Positions 43,891 to 57,212 of a DNA stretch of 64,000 nt are shown here, piece after piece (the first letter of the stretch is position 1; every line of letters begins with the position of its first letter). The notes below the pieces were generated by a model. The model was not told where the DNA came from, did not search any database, and saw nothing but the letters and a program-made list of their open reading frames with translations. This DNA is from Eledone cirrhosa. Its lineage: Eukaryota. The translations under genes were made by a program, and so were the position numbers. The DNA is taken from positions 53,258,001 through 53,322,000 of the forward strand of contig OZ024743.1 of the NCBI GenBank assembly GCA_964016885.1, written 5' to 3'.

Positions 43891-45640
43891 CATAAATGTG
43901 CATATAAGTATGTGTACATAAATGTGCCTAATACGTATGTGTACTTAAATGTGCATATAAGTATGTGTACATAAATGTGCATATAAGTATGTGTACATAA
44001 ATGTGCATATAAGTATGTGTACATAAATGTGCATATAAGTATGTGTACATAAATGTGCATATAAGTATGTGTACATAAATGTGCATATAAGTATGTGTAC
44101 ATAAATGTGCATATACGTATGTGTACTTAAATGTGCATATAAGTATGTGTACATAAATGTGCATATAAGTATGTGTACATAAATGTGCATATAAGTATGT
44201 GTACATAAATGTGCATATATGTATGTGTACATAAATGCGCATATAAGTATTGTACATAAATGTGCATATACGTATGTGTACATAAATGTGCATATATGTA
44301 TGTGTACATAAATGCGCATATAAGTATTGTACATAAATGTGCATATACGTATGTGTACATAAATGTGCATATAAGTATGTGTACATAAATGTGCATATAT
44401 GTATGTGTACATAAATGTGCATATATGTATGTGTACATAAATGTGCATATAAGTATGTGTACATAAATGTGCATATAAGTATGTGTACATAAATGTGCAT
44501 ATAAGTATGTGTACATAAATGTGCATATATGTATGTGTACATAAATGTGCATATATGTATGTGTACATAAATGCGCATATAAGTATTGTACATAAATGTG
44601 CATATACGTATGTGTACATAAATGTGCATATAAGTATGTGTACATAAATGTGCATATATGTATGTGTACATAAATGTGCATATATGTATGTGTACATAAA
44701 TGTGCATATAAGTATGTGTACATAAATGTGCATATTATATGTGTACATAAATGTTCATATAAGTATGTGTACATAAATGTGCATATATGTATGTGTACAT
44801 AAATGTGCATATAAGTATGTGTACATAAATGTGCATATATGTGTACATAAATGTTCATATAAGTATGTGTACGTAAAAGTGCATATAAGTATGTGTACAT
44901 AAATGTGCATATATGTGTACATAAATGTTCATATAAGTATGTGTACGTAAATGTGCATATATGTATGTGTACATAAATGTGCATATAAGTATGTGTACAT
45001 AAATGTGCATATACGTATGTGTACATAAATGTGCATATACGTATGTGTACATAAATGTGCATATAAGTATGTGTACATAAATGTGCATATAAGTATGTGT
45101 ACATAAATGTGCATATAAGTATGTGTACATAAATGTGCATATAAGTATGTGTACATAAATGTTCATATATGTATGTGTACATAAATGTGCATATAAGTAT
45201 GTGTACATAAATGTGCATATACGTATGTGTACATAAATGTGCATATAAGTATGTGTACATAAATTTGCATATAAGTATGTGTACATAAATGTGCATATAT
45301 GTGTACATAAATGTTCATATAAGTATGTGTACGTAAATGTGCATATATGTATGTGTACATAAATGTGCATATAAGTATGTGTACATAAATGTGCATATAC
45401 GTATGTGTACATAAATGTGCATATACGTATGTGTACATAAATGTGCATATAAGTATGTGTACATAAATGTGCATATAAGTATGTGTACATAAATGTGCAT
45501 ATAAGTATGTGTACATAAATGTGCATATATGTATGTGTACATAAATGTGCATATAAGTATGTGTACATAAATGTGCATATAAGTATGTGTACATAAATAT
45601 GCATATAAGTATGTGTACATCAATGTGCATATAAGTATAA
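43891..45640. repeat. 26 bp satellite CATAAATGTGCATATAAGTATGTGTA
   Basis: Directly visible. Confidence 0.98.
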
Positions 45641-46234
45641 ATATTTATATACATGTGTATGTAGGGGTTGTGTGATTGTTCATCTCTCCATCTCCTTTAG
45701 ATATCACTTCACCACTACCACCACAGTGTCTTATATGGTGCTATTAATACAGTTGATTCAGATCACACTCAAAATCTCTTAAGTTCATCTGATAACAGTG
45801 TCATAATTTGAATCCCCAATTGGTTAGTCATTTAATATGTAAATAGGATTACTAGAAGAATCTATAGCTTATCGTCTGACAAACATATATTTGACAGGGC
45901 TGCCCTCAAATAAAACATAGCATTAGCTTCACAGAAAAAATAGTGGCTTCACAGAAATAGTAATATACATGCTGAATCCAGCATGTACATGAAAACACCA
46001 ACATTAGATCTATCATATTTCAATTTACCATTCAGCACACCAGCAACATTATTTATACAAAGGAGAAGGGCTACCAAACTCATTGATGCCATCAGGATGC
46101 CCATTAACTCACATACTAGATGTCATTGGATTCTGCCAAAATTAATGGCTCCACATGGACACGAATTTCTCCATGCTGTCAACATCAACATATCAACACC
46201 AACCAATACTTCACCTCATCCAATCAATCGGGCG

Positions 46235-46447
46235 CTTTAACATTTAAACTGGCCATATCCTGCCAGAATTCTCTCACCTCTTTCTGTTCAAACTGGTTGT
46301 AACTGGCCATTCATACTGATATCAAGGTATTGTTCTCAAAATAAATATCAAAATCTCGTAGATTCGATATTATTATGTGAGATATTATGTAAGATAAAGC
46401 TTTTACTGTGAAAATACAATAGTAAATATAGAGTAAATATTAAAGGG
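46235..46447. mobile_element. piggyBac-like MITE, third copy
   Basis: Same internal sequence, ends AAAGGG-TTAA. Confidence 0.7.
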
Positions 46448-46734
46448 TTAACAACATGTCATCAACTGTATTAACTCAATTAACCTGATGATTTAGATGT
46501 GTTTCCATCTGGAAACCACTGGTAGTGTGGAGTCAAACTGTTAATATATATATATATATATCATCATCATCATCATCGTTTAACGTTTATCTTCCACGTT
46601 AGCATGGGTTTAAACGGGAATTGTCCCACTTGAGGCAAGATCTACGTCTCGCTCATATAGGATTGTCTGGCAGGTTTTCTACGGCTGGATGCCCTTCCTA
46701 ACACCAACCACGTTTATATATAAATATCTATATA

Positions 46735-46799
<65 letters not shown>

Positions 46800-47260
46800 G
46801 TGGTTGGTGTTAGGAAGGGCATCCAGCCATAGAAAACCTGCCATATATATATCTATATACATATAGATATATATATGTATATATATATATAGATATATAG
46901 ATATATATATATATATATATGAGCCCTCTGCCACTCATGTCGAATTTTGTTTATCGTGAACTCGTGCGCCGATTTTTCGATACTCGATTATTCTACTATA
47001 TATATGTATATATATATTTATTAAAATAACAGATTAAAGTTTAAGCAAAGAATCGCTGCTTTCACCCATTGGATTTTAGTCTTCAAATTTATTATTATTA
47101 CTATATGTGTATATATATATTTGTCTATATGTGAGTGTGAGTTTGTTATTTCTTACATATATTAAGACCCACAGATGATTATGTCTACAGAGCGCCATTA
47201 AACACATCAAAGTACTGTACCCTATTATCGTTACTGCACTGTCTATTGCTGAGATATATA

Positions 47261-50200
47261 TCATCATCATCATCTTCGTTTAACGTCCATCTTCCATGCT
47301 AGCATGGGTTAGACGGGAGTTGTCCCACTTGAGGCAAGGTTGGTTGGGTGACCGTGTCTCGCTCATGTAGGACCATCTGGCAGGTTTTCTACGGCTGGAT
47401 GCCCTTCCTAACACCAACCACATTTACAGTGTGGAACTGGGAACCTTTTACCATGTTACCTACACGGCCACATTACAATGTGGACTGTGTGTTTTTTGTC
47501 GTGATACCTACATGATCTCGATCTCATTATCTCATTTATTTGGACTGGATGTTGGGTACCAACTTTACAGAGAGAGGGTGGTGTTGGTTGGAGTGGGAGG
47601 ATAGCGTAGGGGTAGTGGATTGGGGTGTATATTTGGTGAAGAGGTGCCTACTGACTGTAGGTTATGCTTTGTATATAGGCAAGGCAGGTCTTCTGTATTA
47701 CTGCGTAGGGCCAAAGATCTCGGTCCAGTGACATTGTCTTATAGAGGTGCAAGTGTATAAGGTCGGAATTTATCAGATCGTCCCAGGATTTTCTGGGTCT
47801 ACCTACTCCGTAACTACCATCAATTTTGATCGCCCTGCACTTTTTTATACAAGTAAACAGCATCTTTTTTATACAAGTAAACAGCATCTGATCCCTCTTA
47901 TTCCTAATTTCTCACTTAGTTCATTTATGCTTTGCTGTTCACGTATATTACTATAACACATCCAGTGGACCATGCATGCTTCATTCCTTTCCAGTCTGCA
48001 CAGGTTCTCTGCACATAATGCCCATGTCTCACTGCCATGTAGCATTGGTGTTCGTATAGAGGCATCATACAATCTGCCTTTCATTTTTAGAGAGAAATCT
48101 TTTGTGGCCAACAACAGTATAAGCTCTCTGAACTTTTTCCATCCCGTTCTGACTCTGGCTACTGTACTTTCAGAACACCCTCCACCACTGCTGATTTTGT
48201 CACCCAGGTAACGGAATGTGTCCACTATTTCTATAGAACCATTTGGGCAATAGAAGGAGCTAGTATCCTGTGGACACTTGCTACTTATTGCACCTGAGCA
48301 TCGGCCACATATAAAGTCTACGTTCTTAGATAGTTTACCTGTGATCCCACTACATCTTTTATGTACTCATACTTTGCATTTGGGACATAAAATGGAATTT
48401 CTGCCTACTCCTTTCCTACACACTGAGCATGGCCATTTTCCTGAGGGCACCTGTGCCCTATTTTCCTTTCTACAAACTAGAACTTTAGTCTTAGACAAGT
48501 TAACTTTAAGGCCTTTTGAATCTAGGCCATGCTACCATGTTTGGAATTTCTTCTCTAGTTCAGCCATTGATTCAGCTATGAGCATTAGATCATCTGTGTA
48601 TAGGAGTTCCCATGAGGAGTCGGTCATGAACTCCTCTGTTATAGCCTGAAGGGCAATAATAAATAGGAGGGGGCTAAGGACAGAGCCCTGATGAACACCA
48701 ACTTTTACACTAAATTCTTCACAATATTCATTGTTAATTCTAACCTTACTGACTGTTTCTTTATACATATCTTGTATAGCTCTCACAAGCCATTCATCTA
48801 CACCTAGTTTTCTAAGAGCCCACCAGATAATGGAGCAGGGGACTCTGTCAAAGGCTTTCTCCAGGTCTACAAAAGCTAAGTAGAGGGGTTTACTTTTAGC
48901 TAGGTACTTCTCCTGTAGTTGTCATACAAGGAAAAGAGCGTCTGTGGTACTTTTACCTGACACAAACCCAAACTGCATTTCATCTAGATCAATTCGCTCT
49001 CTGATTAGTTGCGCTATAACTCTTTCTGTGACCTTCATGACCTGGTCAACTAACTTAATGCCTCTATAGTTTCCCCTATCTAGAGCATCCTCTTTACCCT
49101 TGTAGCAGTTAATAATGATGATGCTACCCCAGTCTTTTGGTATGACCCCATTCTGTATTACTTGGTTAACTATACGGGTGACGATAGTATGTCCCACCAT
49201 TCCAGATGCCTTGAACATCTCAGCAACTATCTCCGAAGGCCCAGCTGCCTTGCCTGTCTTCATATCTTTGATTGCCTTACTTATTATACTACCTTTAACT
49301 TGCACTGCTGGTCCCTCTATTGGATTGATTTGGGGCAGACTATCTTTTTCCCATTTATTCTCCTCATTTAATAGTCTCTCGTAGTGACACTTCCAGGCTA
49401 TCTTCTTAATATCAGTATCAGCGAGGGCAAGTACACCGTTATCATTATGGACACACTTCTCCCCGACAATATCACGGTTTTCCTTGACACATTGTCTAGC
49501 AATCCTGAACACCTCACGTTTTTGGTCTTCACGTTGTAGAACATGCTTGAACTTTCTATCCTCTGCTTCCCTTTTTGCAAGGTACACTTGTCTCCTAGCT
49601 TCTCTCCTGGCCACTTGATAGTGCTCTCTACTTCCCCCATCCTGCTATACTCTTTCCAAGCCTGCTTTTTGGCCTTGATTGTCTCCTCCACCTTACTGTT
49701 CCACCACCAAGTTACTCTCCTCCTGCCAATAGGTCTGCTCCAGCCACAGATTTCATCCGTTGCTTTCAGCAGGTTCACTTTCAAGAATTTCCACTGTTCC
49801 TCTATATTGCACGTCTCTAATTGCTCTTCCTTATTGTCAAAGGCATCAAGTAATAAGCTTTTAAATTTGTCACTGGCTATGGGGTCCTTCAACTTCCATA
49901 TTCTTCTCCTCAAGGTAGGCCTCCTCTGTCGTCGAGTACATCTATTCCTGATTATGAGGTCACTTACTACTAGGCTATGTTGGGAAGTGCATTCTTCATG
50001 GGGGAGGGATTTCGTGTTTACAACAGGCACTTTGTCCCTTCTTCTAGTAAGGATATAATCTATCTGGCTAGCGTATTCCCCTGATCTATAGGTGATCAAG
50101 TGATTTTCTCGTTTTTGAAGTTTGTGTTACAGATAGTTAGGTTATTAGCATCACAGAATTCCAGGATTCTGAAGCCCTCCTCATTTCTATTTCCAGCCCC

Positions 50201-50880
50201 ATAGTCTCCATGGATTCCATCATAGCCATCACTATGTTGTCCAACGTGACCGTTTAGATCGCCAACAATAATTAAGTAGTTGCTGTCGGTTATTTGGGTG
50301 GTAGTGTGCATTAGCATCTCATAGAACCTGTCCTTTATAAAGTCAAGTAGACCAGATTGGGGTGCATAAGCGGATATTATTGTCACAGTAGTTCTATTTA
50401 GAACTAGTCTTATTTTAATTATTCTGTCATTCACTCTATTTACATCAATTACCTTATCTACCCATTTTTCAGCTAACATAATTCCTACATCACCCAGTCC
50501 GTTGTCATTTCCCATCCAGAAAAGTTTATAGCATCGTTTTTTACCCACGATGAATCTGACAGACCCATCTATCTACCTAGTCTTCTTGAATACAACAAAC
50601 ATCAACTTCTTTACGTTCAAGCATGTCTACAACCTCATTTGAGCAACCTTTCAATGTGCTTACGTTCATGGTACCAACTCTGAAGTTGGGAGGGTGGGAT
50701 AGATGGCAGGGAGGGGTGTGGGAGATGGAATTATGTTGGTCATCCGTGTCTGAAATAAAGAGGGGTCCTTGTATTCTCATCCTGCAGCGGGAGGTGAATT
50801 TATCTTTATCTGTGACATTGTCATTGAGTGCTTAGACTTTCCAAATTCCGCAGTCCACCCATCAAACAGGTCTAAACTTA
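47261..50880 (-). mobile_element. Near full-length decayed RTE-clade LINE (APE endonuclease, RT, PHD finger, (GAT)n tail)
   Basis: VGTMNV, CCIQE, SAYAPQ, GDLNGHVG, QIDYIL, SQH; NYRGIKL, QFGF, GVHQGSVLSPLLF, LYTDD, FRYLG, LHGSETW; several stops and frameshifts. Confidence 0.93.
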
Positions 50881-51365
50881 AGGAGTAGTAATCGAGGTGG
50901 TAGCTGTGTTGTTAGAGAACTAACTATAGGCCGCTGAGTTATGATTGGACCATATAGCAATGGTGGTGTGGGGGGGGGGGGGATGGGTAACTTTAGGAGA
51001 AGATTAGTTTTTAGGAAGGGTCCAACAGAATGAGACATATTATTAAAAACATGTAAAATTTTAATTGAAAATCCGTGAGAAAAACAGAGAATCGGAATTC
51101 TAGACTGGCATAAATAGAAGTTTAAAACTGCTTATTGAGTCGACTACGGGTAAAAGGAAAGACAAGTATTTTGCTTACATTCTCAAAATTGACAGATCGT
51201 CCGTAAGATAGATTAGATAGATAGATAAATTCTGTCCTTGGGAACCCAGCAAGGTTTATTTTATACTTGCGATCAGACGGGGGAGGGGGCATATGAGAGA
51301 AGGAGCAAAGTGTTTACAAAGTTAGTGAGCGAGATGCAGGAAGGTTCTAGAATAATTAATTAATA

Positions 51366-51543
51366 ATAATTGTTTCTACTTTTGGCACAAGGCCAGCAAT
51401 TACCCAGTACATCACTGGTACTTTATTTTATCGACCCCCGTAAGGATGAAAGGCAAAGTTAACCTCGGCGGGATTTGAACTCAGACTGTAAAGGGCCGTA
51501 ACTATGCTAGAAAGCATGGCATCCGACTCTACCGATACTGCCT
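51366..51543 (-). mobile_element. SINE family 1
   Basis: Sequence match. Confidence 0.85.
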
Positions 51544-52608
51544 AATAATACTAGAAGGTTAGTTTTTAGGAAGGGTCCAACAGAATGAGACATTATTAAT
51601 AATATGTAAAATATTAATTGAAAATCCAAGAGAAAAACGGAGAATTTGAATTCTAGACTGGCATAAATAGAAGTTTATATATTATCACTGTAGTCTTTTA
51701 CTAATATCTACAGAAATAAAATCTGTCTGGAAGTCTATGAAAAAATTAATAACTGTCTAAATATATTTTGTCAAAGAATGGATACAGCATGGACGAATGG
51801 TTAAGAGATTCACTTCATAATCCTTTGGTCTTCAATTCAATCCCACTGTGATATATTGGGCAAATGTTATTTACCATAGCCTCAGGTCAAGCTATACTTT
51901 CTGAGTGAAATTAGGTAGATGGAAACTGTTTGAAAGCTTGTCAGATGAACTGCACCTGTAATTCATAATGCTGGCCTTGTCACACACCGATCTCCCTGAG
52001 AATTATGTTATGGGTACATGTGTAGAAGTGTGTGGCTGAGTGATAAGGGTGTTGGACTTACAATCATAATGTTGTGGGTTTGATTCCTTGACTAGGTTGT
52101 ATGTTGTGTTCTTGAGCAAAACACTTCATTTCACATTGCTCCAGTATACTTAGCCAAAAATGAGTACTAGTAATAGCTGGGAGTTTCACTCTGTGATGGA
52201 CTGGCATCTTGTCCCAGGAGAAATCTTGTACTCTTGGTCGTTTAATTCCATGACAACTAGGATAGGCACCGGCCTGATGAGTGTCCGGGCTTGAGACAAA
52301 CTTAGACATGTGTCTATGGAATGCCCAGTCACATGTTAATTTCATGTGCAGGATGTTCCATTGATCAAACAGCTGGAATGCTCATCGTTGAAACTGATGG
52401 ATGTTCATTATCATTAATAAAAACTTTGCAATAGTCTTACCCTCTGTTTTGTTTAATTTCATTTGTTCACTATAAACATAGTTCAGCTTTAGTAATGGAA
52501 TCAGTAATTTGTTTTTCAATAATCTCAATGAAATTGTCATTATTTTAAAGATGATATGTAACAGTGCAACCAATAAATCCATTGTACCTCTGCTTTTTAT
52601 CAATATAG

Positions 52609-52751
52609 GACCAGGAGGATTAAAATGTGAGAATCTCCATTCATTGCGGCTTGATAATAACAACTTAGAAGAAATAACAACTTTTCACTTGATGGGTTGT
52701 CCAAATCTATGCTACCTGAATGTTTCCAACAATAGATTAGAATCCGTGATT
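52609..52751 (+). CDS. LRR gene exon (PGGLKCENLHSLRLDNNNLEEITTFHLMGCPNLCYLNVSNNRLESVI)
   Basis: atatag / gtaagt, phase 1/0, two LRRs; overlaps ORF 52509-52775. Confidence 0.92.
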
Positions 52752-52882
52752 GTAAGTCAAATAGAATTTTTTTAAATTAACAATAAAATCTTGCTCAAAA
52801 GTATACTATGATGAAAGTATTTAAAATGAAGGATAAATATAATAAACATGAAAAGAAAAAAATGAGGAAAAATAAAAATAAA

Positions 52883-53073
52883 ATAATTGTTTCTACTTTT
52901 GGCACAAGGCCAGCAATTACCCAGTACATTACTGGTACTTTATTTTATCGACCCCATAAGGATGAAAGGCAAAGTTAACCTTGACAGGATTTGAACTCAG
53001 ACCGTAAAGGGATGTAACTATGCTAGAAAGCATGGCGTCCAACCCTCTATTGATACTGCCAATTCACCGCCCT
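52883..53073 (-). mobile_element. SINE family 1
   Basis: Sequence match. Confidence 0.85.
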
Positions 53074-53803
53074 CAAATAAAAAATAAAAATAAAATAATG
53101 GCTATGTGGTATATGTCAGCTGTGCTTTGCACATAAGATGGTGAAAGTATTACTATGGCGACAGTGACCCCTGCTGCATGAGCCATTCCCCCCCCACGAA
53201 GCTCCTCCCTCAGGTGGATGCATTCCGGCTGATTTTGCATTCCGGAAGAAAATTGTAACTGAGGGACTGCCATTCTCAATGGCAACTGGCATGAAAAGGA
53301 AGCAATCAGTCAAGTCTCAATAATTGGTTAGCTTGTGCTATTCTCCATTATGAGAAGCATTGCCTAGGTTTGTAGCTGAAGTGACAAGATTAGAACAGGA
53401 GAATGTGTCACATTATTTAGATATGGTCTTCCATGTACACAATTCTAGAAGATATCATGGAACATGACAACATCTAGTCACCTATTAATGCCAAACACAA
53501 TTACATATTGTAAAAATTGAATGTAAATAAGTGACTGTCTACATAGTTACTTGACATGCAAGAAATGGCAGTCAAATTACCCTCAAATTACATCTTAGAA
53601 AAGTCATATTGGATAATGTAGCCAATGATATACGAAATTCGGAATAAAAATAGTCATGGTGGATACCTTTACCTAGAAATCTTATCAATAGAGTCTAGGA
53701 TAGGCAACAACAACTTGTAGAAAGGCTTTTTGTTATAAACTAAAAATCTGTAATATATATATTCAATAATTTCTTTGGTGGTAATATTCATTTTTGTCTT
53801 CAG

Positions 53804-53962
53804 TTTTTAAGTGTTTTAGAAAGGTTGGAAGGGTTTGCAGCATCTGGCAATAAGATAAAAAACTTTTATAATATTGTCGCAAGTCATTGTTTGCGAGAAT
53901 TTGATGTTGCTGATAATCGAATCACCAATGTGTCTGGCCTGAAGAATTTAAAGAATTTGCAG
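53804..53962 (+). CDS. LRR gene exon (FLSVLERLEGFAASGNKIKNFYNIVASHCLREFDVADNRITNVSGLKNLKNLQ)
   Basis: tcttcag / gtaaaa, 159 bp, phase 0/0, two LRRs. Confidence 0.9.
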
Positions 53963-54127
53963 GTAAAATATGACATTTGAATTTTTAAATTCTTCTGCTT
54001 ATTTTCCTTTTTGGAATAAGCATATGTTGGTTTTAATGATTGCTTCAGTTAATTGGTCAAATAAACAGCCTGCTCAGGGAATTAAAGTGTAAGTGACTGA
54101 GAATTCCACAGACATGTGTATCTTTAA

Positions 54128-54609
54128 CCCTTTATTATTTAAATCAACTGGATCCAGCCAGAATTCTCTCACTTCTTTCTCTTTAAACTGGCTGTAACTG
54201 GCCACTGATGTTAAGATATTATTCTCAAAATAAATAATTGTTTCTACTTTTGGCACAAGGCCAGCAATTACCCAGTTCATTACTGGTACTTTATTTTATC
54301 GACCCCGTAAGGATGAAAGGTAAAGTTAACCTCGGTGGGATTTGAACTCAGATTGAAAAGGGACGTAACTCTATGCGTCAAAGCATGGCGTCCAACCCTC
54401 TACCGATACTGCCAATCTACCGCCCTCAAAATAAATAATTGTTTCTACTTTAGGCACAAGGCCAGCAAATACCCAGTGCATTACTGGTACTTTATTTTAT
54501 TCTCAAAATAAATAATATCAGAATTTCATAGATTCGATATTATGTGAGATTATTAGACAATACTACAAAAATATAATAGTATAAATAGAGTAATCTAAAT
54601 GCTAAAGGG
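54128..54609. mobile_element. piggyBac-like MITE with nested SINEs
   Basis: TTAA-CCCTTT ... AAAGGG-TTAA; same family as 38903 and 46235-46447. Confidence 0.78.
54234..54426 (-). mobile_element. SINE family 1 nested in MITE, followed by a partial copy (54434-54500)
   Basis: Sequence match; repeated flank CTCAAAATAAATAAT. Confidence 0.85.
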
Positions 54610-55790
54610 TTAACGAAATTCTCAGGAAGATTCAGCATGGCAGTGTTTGAAAATGCTGGCCCTTTGAATTACAGATAGAGTCTATCCAATGGACTTTCAA
54701 ACAGATTGTCTACCTTATTTCACTCACATTGGTTGACCCAAGGTTATGACAAATGTCACTTTCCCAAAATGCTACACACTGGGATTGAACCCAGTACCTA
54801 ATGATTATTAGGTGAACTTCTTAATTGTTTGGCCATCTTGGACAAGTGTTATTTACTGAAGCCTCGGGTTTATCCAAGCCTTCTGAGTAAAATTGGGTAG
54901 ACAGAAACTGCTTGGAAGCCTGTCAGATGGACTGTAATAGTAATTAAAATGGCCAGCCTTGTCACATTCATTCATCATCATACTTATCAATGTTTAACAT
55001 CCATTTTTCACTCTAGTATGGGTTAAATTAGTTGTCCCAACATGAGACAAGCCAAATCAGATGATTGTGTCTTGCTCATACAGAACTGATTTTGGCTTGA
55101 TTTCTACAACTGGATGTCCTTCCTAACGGCAACCACATTTACAGACGCTATTGGGTGCTTTTTACCATGGCATCAAAACGACCACTTTACAATGTGGGCT
55201 GGGCACTTTTTGTTGTGTCGCCTACATGACCACTTTAAAGTGTGGACAGGGAGCTTTTTGTTGTGTCACCAGCATGACCACATTTCGGTATGTACTGGGG
55301 TTAGGCTGGTGTGGGGGAGGTGCATAGGGATTGGAGAGGTTGATCTAGGTTGGGGGACTTATCTAGAGAAGGGTAGAGTGTAGGTATGTGGGTGATAGGT
55401 AAGGTGTTAGGAAATGGGCGGAGTGTGGAGTGTTAGGCTGTGGGAGGATTATTTTAAGGGTACACATATCTGTGGAATACTCAGACACTTGTATACTACA
55501 CTTATACATTGGTTGAACAACATCATTGAAATCAATAGAATTTCATTCCACTTTTCATTGTAGAGCTCAATAATTTACGGCTGATAAAAGCAATCACACA
55601 TATTTTAACTCATATAACTATACACACATACCATGTATGTATGTTATCACTTTCTCTTAATTTCGAGTATATTTTTTTTGACTGGCCACCTTCCTGGTGG
55701 CAAGGTTGTATGTATGTATGTATGTTTGTATGTATGTGTGTATGTTTGTATGTATGTGTGTCTCTGTATATATATATATATATATATATA

Positions 55791-56038
55791 TAGTTATGTA
55801 ATAAACAACATAAGTCAATTATTGTGGTTTGTTTATTGATATTGGATTTTAAAATCCAATATCAATAAACAGACCAGGATTTTTTCTTTCTGATGATTGA
55901 AAGCAAAATTTTTTGCTTTTAAGAAACCACTGGTAAATGGAATAATTGCCTTATGTTGTTTATTACATAACTATTAAGCTCTGTTACCTACATAGAGCAC
56001 TCTTTTTTCCTGGACTTTTCCGACGGAATTACTTCATT

Positions 56039-56040
<2 letters not shown>
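55791..56040 (+). mobile_element. Short family A PLE pseudo-LTR with inverted 5' portion
   Basis: Matches about 7095-7286; begins with an inverted copy of its own downstream sequence; flanked by (TA)n/(CA)n. Confidence 0.8.
55883..55942 (+). ncRNA. Type I hammerhead ribozyme (family A, intronic copy)
   Basis: CTGATGA 55890-55896, intact stem II, GAAACCACTGGTA AATGGAA; one mismatch in stem I. Confidence 0.82.
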
Positions 56041-56083
<43 letters not shown>

Positions 56084-56411
56084 TGTAAGTGAGGTTGGTG
56101 TTAGGAAGGGCATCCAGCTGTAGAAATCAAGCCAAAATCAGTTACCGTCCCACCCTTGCAAGCAGGGAAAAAGCGGACGTAAAATGAAATGATGATGATA
56201 TAGACGATAATTTCTTTCAAATGAAACAGTTCTAGTCCTGTAGAAGCCATTTCTATATTAAATATAAATATATGTATATATATATCATCATCATTTTACA
56301 TCCGCTTTTCCCTGATTGCAAGGGTGGGATGGACTCTGTACAGCACGGCATCTCTCCACTTGTCACGGTCCTTTGTCATCTCCTCCGTGAGCTTCAGCGA
56401 ACCACATTTAC

Positions 56412-56459
<48 letters not shown>

Positions 56460-56926
56460 GCAAATGTGTTTGGCATTAGGAAGGGCATCCAGCTGTAAAA
56501 AACTAGCCAGAAACACCCCTATATAAGCAAGACACGGCCATCTGACACAACTTCCACCCATGCCAGCGTGGAAGATGGACATTAATCGATGATGATGATG
56601 ATACACATATATATATATAGCTGCTTGTGTAAATTTCAGTTATAGATAGTTTACCAGTTTAAGCACTCAATGCTATTCCGTGGATTGGGTACAAGATAGG
56701 ACCAGACCTGGTGATGTCAATGGCTTCAGTAACCCTAACAGAGTTTAATAATAGTTTCTGATTTAGGCACAAGGCCAACAATTTTGGGGGAGGGATTGGA
56801 ACTCAGAATGTAAAGGAACATAATTATATGTCACAAAGTATGTTATCTGACACTCTACCAATACTGCTAACCCACAGCCCAAGCAGAGTTTAATAATAAG
56901 TAAATGGGAATAAATCATCAACATCA

Positions 56927-57098
56927 TGTGAAGGCGCATGACTTAGTGGTTAGAGCATTGGGCTTGCAATCGAAAGGTTGTGAGTTCAATTCTCGGACCA
57001 GGTCATGTGTTGTTTCCTTGAGCAAGACACTTTATTTAACATTGCTCCAGTTTACTCAGCTGTAGAAATGAGATGATAGGACTGAGGTCCCTATCATT
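56927..57098 (+). mobile_element. SINE family 2 (5' part)
   Basis: tRNA-like head and body as at 39977-40151; other copies at 33843-33960, 35346-35683, 52023-52280. Confidence 0.8.
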
Positions 57099-57212
57099 AA
57101 ATTACCCAAGACACCTCCAGCGAGATATACCTTGGAGGAGGCCAGCTAAACCTGCATAGGTGTGAGCTGTCACACACACACACATACATAGGAGTGAGCT
57201 GTCACACACACA

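Noticed and set aside
40478-45654. ORFs up to 1093 aa
   Set aside because: Stop-free frames of 18 bp and 26 bp satellites; intronic, no splice or codon support
45983-46240. 85 aa ORF containing IQRRRATKLI
   Set aside because: Only a short CR1/L2-like motif; too little to call
47015-47103. Possible hammerhead in the 3930/10690/47015 family (TGAAGA..GAAAGC..TTA)
   Set aside because: Core not conserved among the three copies and stems unconvincing
56927-57000. tRNA-like sequences
   Set aside because: SINE heads followed by SINE bodies; no complete cloverleaf
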